From Haliotis cracherodii (Eukaryota), in NCBI RefSeq assembly GCF_022045235.1, contig NW_027266330.1, positions 1,860,001 through 1,924,000 on the forward strand: a stretch of 64,000 nt of DNA, given 5' to 3'. The notes below the pieces were generated by a model that ran no database searches, had not been told where the DNA came from, and saw only the letters and a program-made list of their open reading frames with translations. A program made the translations under genes and the position numbers. Positions 12,952 to 23,758 of this stretch are shown here, one piece after another (within the stretch, counting starts at the first letter, position 1; each line of letters starts with the position of its first letter).

Positions 12952-13347
12952 AACAAAGATCTGAGGACATCCCATTAGGGTCACGTCAGAACGACCTTTC
13001 ATCCGACCAATCAGAGCATCGCTTACCAGATTATGAAAGTGACAGTCGCAATGTGATTTCTAATCATGCAACCCCGAAAAGTTTAACTCCGAACGATACT
13101 TTCGGGTTTAACGACTGAATCCATACAATCTAGACCATCTATTAGCCATTCCAGAATGTTCTTTTGTTCAGGTTTCAAATTTGTAATCGAGAATTTGTCA
13201 AAATATGTTTCGAAGCGTAGTCTCCAATTTGAAATTAGTGCCGTAAAGCACGAGGAAGCTGCCTTCTGAATAGTAATCTTGGTCGGTCAAAGTTCGCGCA
13301 AGGTCGGTCTGACGTGACCCGTAATGGGATGTCCTCAGATCTTTGTT
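12952..13347. mobile_element. MITE-like element with ~47-bp terminal inverted repeats
   Basis: AACAAAGATCTGAGGACATCCCATTAGGGTCACGTCAGAACGACCTT (12952-12998) is the near-perfect reverse complement of 13300-13347. It is absent from the paralogous region near 59.7 kb. No clear TSD. Confidence 0.75.
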
Positions 13348-14714
13348 TTGAGGTTTATTCTTCCGCCTTAACAGTGTGGAAATTACAAGATTGACCCGTG
13401 TCATTCATGCTTGGTCAAGTAAAAGAGGGCGCTCATGGGAAAAGGAGGTTTACAAGCTAGATGGAAACCTAANNNNNNNNNNNNNNNNNNNNNNNNNNNN
13501 NNNNNNNNNNNNNNNNNNNNNNNNNNNNNNNNNNNNNNNNNNNNNNNNNNNNNNNNNNNNNNNNNNNNNNNNNNNNNNNNNNNNNNNNNNNNNNNNNNNN
13601 NNNNNNNNNNNNNNNNNNNNNNNNNNNNNNNNNNNNNNNTGTGTGCGTGTATGTGGTATAATGTACTTGTGCATGTGTGTGTGCGTGTGTGCGTGGTATG
13701 GTACGGGGTGGGTGTGTGGGTATCTACGTGTTTGTGTATGATTGCGTGCGTGACTTTATAAGTAATTTGGCGTGTGTGCGTGTGCGTGCGAGCGTGCGTG
13801 TTCATAACCCAACCTTAATTTTAAACATTGTGTTGGTATATGTCTTATTTTACCTTATCCAGATCATGACGTTATAATTTGCTTTTATGTCTGAGTGTCT
13901 CGTAGGCCATACCTGGTCGGATGTTATATTGTATTGTTCGTGTACGTGTTTTAGTATGAAGTGTATATAACATGTGACACTATAATAAACATTATTCTCT
14001 TCGGTCACTTTTGTCAGTTGTGATACGTAATTGTCCCATTAAATGTCCAAGGTAAAACATATGGTCGGCGCAGGGCATAAGTCAGCTATGACCATTCTTC
14101 ATCAGTACACTGATATTACTCGTTTCTGTCGTCCACAGACGGAGCTGTCACAACCGATTTGCCCAGGGTCTGCTTCAATAAATAATTGTTATGACACACT
14201 GGAAAAGTCAAGCATTAAGTTTTCGGAAAACTGTGATATAATGGTATGAAATTCATCAGACATGTTCAAACGGTTGACATTTAACCTTTTTACTTTCTTA
14301 CACTTTTAAATGTTTGGCTTGTGGCGTGTTCACAAAGGCCGAATTAAAGAGAAAATGACCCAAGATGACCATGTCTTTGACACCGTTCTCAATTGTTTCC
14401 AAATATAAAATATTACTGTACACATGCAGTCTTAATATCAATTTGACCATCACCACCCCACACACGCTCCCCATTTAAGTGACAAGTCCCTTAACTATGT
14501 TTCTTCACATTCGGTTCAGACGCCTTTGCTTCGGAATAACATAATGAGCTGTGCAAGTTACACATTTGAGAACAATGACAAACAATAGGAGGATTTCATT
14601 AGGAGATACCACCCACGCACAAATTATGTACACACAGAGACATCGTACACATTCGTTACTTTAATGTATTGACCTGCATCTCCACAGCTCAGTCATTCTC
14701 ACAGGGAAATACAG

Positions 14715-14838
14715 AATGTGAATTGTCTCCCCTGTTTCACAATAACGAAAGTAGGGATTTATAACACACATAGATCGAGTGTTGATTCGCGACATGTCAG
14801 GACGAGGAAAGACGTCAGACACATCAGACATTTGTCTT
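14715..14838 (+). promoter_or_regulatory. Putative promoter and non-coding first exon of gene B
   Basis: The block is strongly conserved with 60051-60174. Both copies end in a CTT|GTAAGT donor and contain CCTGTTTC...AACGAAAGTA. The ATG exon at 17299 has an acceptor and so needs an upstream exon. Confidence 0.55.
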
Positions 14839-15684
14839 GTAAGTTAGCTTTGAATATTTCATATTTTTCACTAACCATTGATATTAGATAACGTAGTGTA
14901 CTCGCCCTGACACTAACATCGAGTGGGATTTCCACGGATCAAGGTGGCCGATGTGTGGTGGGCCGAGAATCTTTCTCATTCCGTCTATCGGACGTCTACT
15001 GGCTGCTGGTGCATACATACTTCGAATCCCTGCTACAGAAAGCCTGTTTCAGTGACCAGTAGTACATAACTATACGATGTCGGTCAGCAAGAGTCTGACC
15101 ACTGTGTCACCAAAGTGAAAGTGAAAGGACACAGTGACATTTGCGTTGTGTGTTTCAGCTCTGGGCTTTCGGGGGAAGTTGTTGTTGCTATAAGTGTTTA
15201 CGAGATCACCTTCGGCTATCCTGTCCCTCTGTGGGAGCAGGGTGCACATATCTAGTGGGAGTTTTAGTATTCATGAAATTTGTTTTTTGTATTGATACGA
15301 TTTCTATTTTCGCATATTGAAATGATTTCATTTTTTCTTTCAGGGGAAAACACGAAGGATAAATATATACTGGTGAGTCACCAGTGTCAACGTCTGCTGC
15401 AATTGTTGGCGATACATTAACTATGATGCCCTTCCATGAGGTCAACCATAGGCCTATAATCAGCTGATGAGGGGGGTCAACTATATTATAGATCCATTTT
15501 ACTTTCCGTGTCAGTGACTGCATGCTTGTGGCATGGAAGGAAATACACGCATCTGGTGGTGAATGATATAATTATACCGGACATACTTAGCAGGTAATAT
15601 ATTGGACAGCCTTTGTTAATTTGAGTGTTATCAAGAACATTATGTTTGAACATGTCTGTACATGTTTGTCATGTGGCGCGCGTG

Positions 15685-15689
15685 CGTGC

Positions 15690-15724
<35 letters not shown>

Positions 15725-15872
15725 TATGTGTGGATGTATGTTTGTAGGTGTGTATGCATGTGTATATGCATGTTTGTATGCATGCATGGGTGGATTGATT
15801 TATGTGTGCATGCATTTGTGTGTTTATGCGTGCGTGCGTGCGCGCACATGCATGCATGAAAGCATAAATGTA

Positions 15873-15920
<48 letters not shown>
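15685..15920. repeat. (GT)n/(GCGT)n/(ATGT)n compound microsatellite
   Basis: Directly visible dinucleotide and tetranucleotide runs. Confidence 0.9.
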
Positions 15921-15921
<1 letters not shown>

Positions 15922-17321
15922 ATGTTGGTGTGGATGTATGTAACGTAGTAAGAGGGGAGGTAACTCTAATGTATGTTACATAATCTCTCACATTTCAAAG
16001 CTTACAAGTTACACATTCCATTCTACTAAGTCAAGTAACTGTATTGGCTGTTGATCACTTATCAGGAACACACACAATCATGACTCATTGTTTCTTCTCC
16101 TTGTCGTAAATACACCCATAATACTTGCATCGGAAGCCCTGATTTGTTATTGGTATCTAACAATAATTTAATGATATTGAACAAGAAAAGATTACAATAT
16201 CTCATTAATTACATTTTTGAGTGTATATTTATCCCCCCCCCCCCCCCCCCCCCCCCTTCTAATTTTTTTTATTGGATTTACAGTATGTTCCTCATATAAT
16301 TATATTTTTCTGAAAGTGAATAAATATGTAATATGGTCGGTGAAACATACCCAAACATGACATTTGCAGACAATAAACTTTGACATTTACTGATGGCACT
16401 TTACCAAACTTAATATTTCAAAATTCCTTATCAGTATCAGTCATTCGAATTATTAACGGGTCAAATCAGTTGATTTGAAGTAAGTTTCATACAAGCTTGT
16501 TTCTAAAACAATAACCTACACAGTCAATCACGGACAAAAGTCACAAGGCAAGGACCATGAAAATTGATCTTCCTGGACTAATGGACTAACAGTAGATATC
16601 AACTCTCATTCCATTTCACCAAATTTTATTTCTAGACGCTTGACACACATGGTTTGATGATCAGATAAATCAAATCAATACCCAGATTAGGTGAACGGTG
16701 GTATTGCAGGAAATGTGCTAAAACGTCGTAAAACCTAGGTCACTGACTCACTCACTTTCCAATGGGTGAAATGTGAAGAGGACATAAAATGCTCAGAATT
16801 AACAAACGACAACACAGATAATGAGTTCCAATAAGTCACCTTGCGACATAACTGATAACTGAAAGGAACATTATGAATCCGTCATTAGCTTTTGATCCAA
16901 TTCTTATCTAAACCCGGAATGGGTCTTTATATTTTTCAGGTTCATATTTTAAACAAACTGTTGAAGGCACCTGTGTACCATTACTTTTGACAGATGTGAA
17001 TCATGTGAAGCATGACTAGTTTGTATGTATGGTGTATTTCAGCACGTCAAGGCAAAAGGGAACACACCTGGCGATGTTCCTCATCCATGGCTTCTTGGGG
17101 ACACCGAACTGATGTGAGACGGGGTGTTTGTTGGAGAGGCAGGGATGACGATCAACCAAATGATTTGATATGGCCAAAACAGCTTTAATCTACCCTCTAA
17201 AATTAGTTTTAATATTACCTCCCTTTGTAAATTGACCTGACAATGTCAGAGCCTGACACTTTCGTTAATGACAGTTGTTTGTTTCTCGTCTTTACCAGAA
17301 GGGGTGCTGCTGACACAGACC

Positions 17322-17355
17322 ATGTTGGACAGGGGCCTGATGCTGCTACTGCTGG
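17322..17355 (+). CDS. Gene B coding exon 1: start codon and signal peptide
   Basis: Acceptor tttaccag|17299, accATG at 17322, MLDRGLMLLLL, phase-1 donor |GTACGT. Joining the next exon gives MLDRGLMLLLLVVGVLG-QEC. Confidence 0.8.
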
Positions 17356-17789
17356 GTACGTTTATACGTTTGACATCAATACTGACAGCTACATGTAGTT
17401 AGGCCCTTGTGATGAATATATAGATAATGTTTCATGGTTTGGTTTGTGTCCTGAAAGGTATGTAATTAATAGCTATTTTTTTACCTGAACTAATAAAAAG
17501 TGAACTAAAAGTGGTGGCCATAGATATTTATCATCCAAAACTGGCTCCCACAGGAGATATCGCTTGGATGAGTTCAAGCGATATCTACACCGTAGATATC
17601 GCTGCAATGAAATTACATCACAATGCTTTGCAGGCCATTGTGATGTCACTGGTTACCATGACGTCACAATCAAATGACATCACTAATGGCTCTGCTACTG
17701 AAGCTGTTTGCAGTACTTTTTACGCTGAAGACACTGCTAATTACTGTCTACAAATTAAAAAAGTTGAAAGAATGATGTTGGATGATAAA

Positions 17790-17940
17790 TAAAATCTCAC
17801 CCTCGTGTCTTTTAATATCAAATATATCAACACTCGTTGATAAAAGTGGCAAAAATCCTCGGCAAGCCTCGGAATTTTTCCCTTTTTATCAACTCGTGTT
17901 GATATATTTGATATCAAAAGACACTCGGATGAGATTTTCT
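17790..17940. repeat. Long imperfect palindrome, probably part of a non-autonomous DNA element (~17.5-17.95 kb)
   Basis: The arm AAAATCTCACCCTCGTGTCTTTTAATATCAAATATATCAACACTCGTTGATAAAAG matches the reverse complement of about 17882-17938. Confidence 0.8.
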
Positions 17941-18770
17941 GTATAGTTCCATATCTATCTTCAGAGGTTAACGATAATTTGCCAAAAAAGAAAGCACTGA
18001 AAATGTTAATGTACACATATTTCGATTTTATTGTACTTGAACTTACATCACACCCCTTTCTTATCACCTGAACATTCCATTTGTCAGTCCACCCTGTCAT
18101 AGTTTGTAAACTTTCGCATTTTCAACATTTCCCCTGAAACCACAAGACAAGTGTAGTTTATCATTTGACAATATGATCCCAGCAAAGGCTCTTAGAAATC
18201 TGCCCCGTATTTGTAAATAGTAATTGCAGAAGTACTGTCAGCTTAAGTGTTTGTTGTTCAGTGCAGCACTATGTACCAGATCATCCAGTAATTGAGGAGC
18301 AATGATCCGTGCACTTGGTATAAAAGCAAAGGTTATCCACCCAAACCACTAAGTCCCCTCTTGTAACCAGTATACATTGTCAGGTTCATACATAACGTCA
18401 CCTCTACCAACAGTGTAGGTTGTCCATCTGATTCATTAAGTCCCCTTTAAAGCCGGGATAGGTAGCTGGGGAACAAATCTAGCCTGAAATCCCCAGGAAT
18501 GTTTATGTTAAAAAAGTAACTTGCAATTACGGTGTGATTTACGCATGTATTAAAATGAAATAGTCATGTTGTTTTTCTGGCATAAAAGCTTCTCTACCTT
18601 ATGTTTGCTTATCCTTCTTAATGTCTTTATCTTTTTGATAATCTCAAGTAAATGTTCCAGAAACATTCAGGTGAGGTACAAAGTAATGCGGCACTAGTTT
18701 CTTTGACATGATGACAAATGCATTGATTATTCCATCAAAAAGTTTAAGAGTACTCTTTTCTCCCTTCCAG

Positions 18771-19049
18771 TTGTGGGCGTATTGGGCCAGGAGTGTCCCG
18801 AGGGCAAATATGGAGAACACTGTGAACTGAACTGCAGCCGTTCCTGTTTTCCCCATTCCGGCGAGGATGTGCACTGTGACAGACACAGTGGCAAGTGTTC
18901 AGAAGGCTGCGTGGTTGGATGGTACGGCGATCAGTGCCATGTACCCTGTAAAAAGAACTGCCCGCGGCACATCTGCAGTCAGCAGACTGGTCACTGTACT
19001 CGGCCGTGTGAAGGAAACAAAACGGGGGATTTCTGTGAGATCCACCACG
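18771..19049 (+). CDS. Gene B exon 2: EGF-like ectodomain (~2 MEGF-type modules)
   Basis: Acceptor cccttccag|, donor |GTATGT, phase 1-1. Encodes CPEGKYGEHC...CVVGWYGDQC...CEGNKTGDFC. Confidence 0.9.
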
Positions 19050-20049
19050 GTATGTACAACTGGGGGCTGGGAATCATCAGATAGTGGCATTTAATTCATT
19101 GATTACTGTCATTGCAAAGCTGTATTGTGTAATTATCACACACAGAATACTGTAAATTACATGCACATGTCAATGGATGACAAACAGAGAAACATGTTAC
19201 TTACTTACTTTATCTCCATTTGAACATTGTTGATTATGCACATGCTGTCTATGATCTGGCATTTACTTATGACTAAAACAAGAACTGTATAAATGCGGAC
19301 ACTTCATATTTTATTCAAAGCTGTCACATGTTTTATAGACCACCATTTAACATCATGGACTGCCACTCATGTTAGTTGAATCATGGGATAGTATTAAAGA
19401 CAGAATTACACAACTTAAAAAACTTTGAATATTTTCGCATTAGGGATTTGCAAAAAGCAAACCCGAGCCTGTCAGTTAACCAGTAAACATAGCCTTGATA
19501 ATTGAACATAACATTAAATTTCTTAAAGCGAGGGACTTTTTTTAAAAAAAAGCAAAACTATTTTTCGTACATGTATAATAATGACCCCATATGTATTCCA
19601 GGTTAGAACAGGTCCCAAGCAATAATGGTCGTGAGAGTCAATTTATTTGTTTAGTGCTCGGTGACTGGTTGATTGCGTCAGAGACCATATATCATAGCTC
19701 ATCGTACCCCACATCGTACTCCACATCACTGTCTGGTTCAAACTAGATTATGTAAATGATATATTCATATGGCTGGAATATTGCTATATACGCACACAAG
19801 GAGGAAACTTCCATCCTCAGCAAAACATGATATTCTTTCATTTTAACTAAATAAGTTAACAATTATGAATAAATGTGGCACAAGGCATACTGTGTGTATG
19901 ATAGGACAATAGGTAGTTCATGGGGTCAAGGGGTGAAGGGTGAAGGCCACATGGATCAAGATGCTCAGTTACAGCACTTTACTGACTGTATTTCACTTCC
20001 AAACTCTAGCATTGTTCAGCAGTGTAGAGACAAGTGTATTATGTTACAG

Positions 20050-20173
20050 AGAATGGTCAAAAACAGTCACAAGAACCTGCCTCAATACCACTGGTCGCCA
20101 TACTTGTCCCTGTGTCCGCCATCCTCCTCCTCATCATCATCACCGTGGCTGTACTCTTCATAAGACACAGAAA
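20050..20173 (+). CDS. Gene B exon 3: transmembrane segment
   Basis: Acceptor gttacag|, donor AA|GTATGA, phase 1-2. Encodes ...IPLVAILVPVSAILLLIIITVAVLFIRHRK. It is 124 bp, the same length and phases as the gene A TM exon. Confidence 0.88.
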
Positions 20174-20414
20174 GTATGACAATATTTCACTCATGATCAT
20201 GATTAGGTTTCCTTTCAATGATAAGACAATAACTTCTGCTTGATACCATATACCATGGCTTTTAGTATGTGCACTCTGTGTATGTTACTTCCCTAGTCTG
20301 TAAACTGGTTGAATCGGCACAATACTAGATTATCTTCAACTACGTTGATTCTTACAGGACATATTAGGCATGTTCGACTTGATTAAGTAGGATTTCATTG
20401 GAGAAAACAGTCGC

Positions 20415-20850
20415 ATTATTATCCCCCACTACGAAGTGGAAGAGGGATACAAGAATGGGTGCTGTCTTTCCGTCCTTCCGTCTGTCCGTCCGTCGGCCTC
20501 GTTTCGTTTCCGGAACAGAACTCAAACACCATGAGAGATATTTTTACCAAACTTGGCACATGGGTATGTCTGTGCTGGTGCCTTTTGATAGTTTGGGATT
20601 TTGAAAAATTATATTTGTCGAGTTTCCATGGCAACGACTTTGACTTGGACTGAAATTGGCGGTAGTGCACGCTTCCGGAGCAGATCGTGAAAACCGTAGA
20701 ACATTTCTTAACCAAACTTGGCACATAGATAGGACTAGTGATGAACTGGTGACTTTTGGTGGTTCATGTTTTGTGTTTCACAGAAACTCACATCAATGAT
20801 TACAGTGAAAGAGACCTCCAGGGACATCAAGTCCATCCAGGAGACACTAC
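20415..20850. mobile_element. Helentron-associated non-autonomous element (HINE/DINE-1-like)
   Basis: TTATCCCC...GGGATA short hairpin start, (CCGT)n microsatellite, and two ~165-bp internal repeats sharing ACCAAACTTGGCACAT. This is the standard HINE layout. Confidence 0.6.
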
Positions 20851-21652
20851 ACATGGTATTGATGTGTATGTGTTTCAAGAACAGTGTCAGGCTATGTGAT
20901 GTAACGTCATCTCACAGTATTGAATACATTTCCTTTCTTGTTGGCAAGTTCTGCACTGTTTGTGTGTGTGTTCCTCCAAAAGTGTCATGGACAGGGGTTG
21001 TCACATTCACTTACTGATTTCATGCAGAAACTTCAGGAACCTGTCCTAGTTACTGGGGATTTCCACGGTGTTCTGAGTGAAAAACTAAAATTTTGAGATT
21101 TCTTTAATGTGCAGAAAACATTTTGAGCTACAGTGGACTTCTTCACCGATCATGCCAGTGCGGTGGCATTCCAGATTCCAGTCTACTACTCAGATCATCA
21201 GATCATTGATACTGTACTTCCAAGTACACCTCGCATTGATCTCTAAGTAAAGAAAGAACTCCCTTACTTCTCTGATTATTTTTAAAGTAATAACACATCT
21301 CATCACAAATACAGTTTACGTGTTCTATCATAAACTGTAGATGGCAAGAAACACCAGTAATAATTGTTTAGTGCTTGGCAATTAGGCCATTTACTAAATG
21401 TTCCAGTGAACATAGTTCACAGGGGCTAATGACTTGCACACAATTGGACATATCACATTGGCGGGGGATATGAGTATTGCATGGTTGTGAGGTATAGTTG
21501 GTGACCATTTTCCGCTGCACAACAAATAAAAAGCAAGCTTTATTATCACCTGTGCCATAATAAGCATTAACCACAACAGGAATTGATTAATGATAATTTC
21601 ATGAATTGTGTTGATTGTCATATTACTAATGTTATGTGTTATTCTGTTTCAG

Positions 21653-21663
21653 ATCTAATCAGG
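21653..21663 (+). CDS. Gene B exon 4: 11-bp microexon
   Basis: ctgtttcag|ATCTAATCAGG|GTAAGT. It converts phase 2 to phase 1, exactly what is needed to link the TM exon to the downstream exons in frame. Confidence 0.75.
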
Positions 21664-21714
21664 GTAAGTATTAAATCAGTTGTTGAAAGATATCAGTGAT
21701 TACACATACCAACT

Positions 21715-21963
21715 ACCCGTCAAGATCCGGCGTACAATAGGTCTCCAGCAACCCATGCTTGCCGTAAAAGGTGACTAACGGGATCGGGTGGTCAGGCTCG
21801 CTGACTTGGTTGATGCATGTCATCGATCCCAATTGCGTGGATCGATGATCATGATATCAATCACTTGATTGTCTGGTCCAGACTCGATTATTTACAGACC
21901 GTCGTCATATAGCTGGAATATTGCTGAGTGTGGCGTTAAACAACAAACAAACAAATCAAACAA
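21715..21963 (+). mobile_element. SINE-like repeat, family 2, with 12-bp TSD
   Basis: ACACATACCAAC flanks the element at 21702-21713 and 21964-21975. (CAAA)n tail. Confidence 0.88.
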
Positions 21964-22621
21964 ACACATACCAACACAATTAAGTAAATATAGAGAGTAA
22001 ATATAGTTTCAGTTTACTCCCAACATGTCAACTGGGCGTGTGAGGAAAGCCTAAAGTCATGCAGGTCTCAGACGTTTGAAGGCCCAGGGAGAAGAGTTCT
22101 GTTTTTAGTTACAAAAATCCATAGGATTGAATATTAGAAACATATGTTAATGATCGAACTTATTCCACGCTTAGCTGTGATGTATTGAATTATTGTCTCA
22201 TATTATGATATATTAGGAACATGTAAAGGTCTTATCTGTATTTTAGATGTAAAGTGTACTGGTGTTTAGTTAGACTGAAGTTGTACCTCATGGGTGCTGT
22301 GCAGTTTTTTAATCAAACAAATTAATTTTTTCCAAGTAATTTTACTTTGTTTAATTTTTAAAATTATGATTAATCCTACTCCCCAATGTAAATGTCCAAT
22401 AGTTTTAAGGTTGTCCTATTTTAAAATCCAATCAATAAAACCAAGTTACTGAATCTTCTAAGACTGAAAGTTATCGAACAATTGAATTTTCAAAAGGTAA
22501 GCTGCTCCATCCTATCCATCCAAAGACTAAATCATGACTTCCTACTATTATACATTTTTTTTAGAATATGGTTTTGAAGTTGATTATTCAAGTTTTTCAG
22601 ACAGATTTCTCTCATTTTCAG

Positions 22622-22666
22622 CCTCGGACGACGTGGAGTGTGGAGAACTGCTTAGCCCAGGAGGAG
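22622..22666 (+). CDS. Gene B exon 5: 45-bp juxtamembrane linker
   Basis: ctcattttcag|...GGAG|GTAGGA, phase 1-1. Encodes ASDDVECGELLSPGG. Confidence 0.7.
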
Positions 22667-23419
22667 GTAGGAACACAGACACATGTATTTTATGTAATGT
22701 TAGCTCACTAAAAGTGAGCTCACGTCAAGGCCTGATTGCCCGATGCCAGTGGTGTGTGGTCCAGTGTAAACGCCTTCACTTCAGACACCACTGAAACAAT
22801 GCTGAAACTTTATATACTTGTTCACTCCAATGATGACCAATTTGTTCAAGCGAGTCAAATCCAATTTTTACTGTAAACGCTGCTTTTTGAGGTCATTATT
22901 GGGTCATCTCTGTTCAAACTAGAATAGTTTCATACCAGATGACCAAATAATGAGTTTGTAGCGGTGCCCAACACATGTTCCGTTTTTGTGATACTTTAAG
23001 TTTTGACTTTGATTTGATCTTCACACTTCCACCATACTGACAACTCAAACTTTTAGCCATTTTCTTTCAAAATGTAATGAAATGTAGTATATGTGTTGTG
23101 ACAAAACCCTTTCAATAAACATCAGAAATCTCTAAAAAAAGGAGTCCTTTGGACAATTTCGACTATATCAAAAGCACGTGTTTATGAATCACTATCAAAC
23201 AGATATCCTGCTCCATCGTGGCCCCCTGATCAATCAAGTTTTGAGCAATATGAAATCCTCCTTAAAAGAGTACGCTCGATTGTACCTCAAAAGTTGTGAA
23301 ATGTGGACACCGAAAGCTGGTACTGCTAGAATATTGCTCAATTAACATTGACTATTGGACAGTTGACGTCATCCCTCCCAACAGTCTTGTGGATAGTTGT
23401 CACTCTGATTCTTTAGCAT

Positions 23420-23622
23420 AGGTAATAATATTACCTATGACTGTGGCGATGAATAGCATTTGATCACTTACCCATTCTGATATTAGGTGCTAATATTACC
23501 TATGACTGGGGCGATGAATAGCATTTGATCACATACCATTCTGATATTAGGTGCTAATATTACCTTTGACTGGGGCGATGAATAGCATATGTTCACTTAC
23601 CCATTCTGATATTAGGTGCTGA
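23420..23622. repeat. ~65-bp tandem repeat, 3 copies
   Basis: TAATATTACCT...GGCGATGAATAGCAT...CCATTCTGATATTAGGTGC at about 23426, 23491 and 23555. Confidence 0.85.
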
Positions 23623-23758
23623 TGTTATTTGCATTCAAACAATTTGTATTTGTATAAATATAACATGCAACTCGCATGATATAACTGTTTTAAGTAGCAT
23701 GTTGCTTATTGGTAAGATGTGTGATACATATGACCAGCAATAGTCCTTTGTGTTACAG

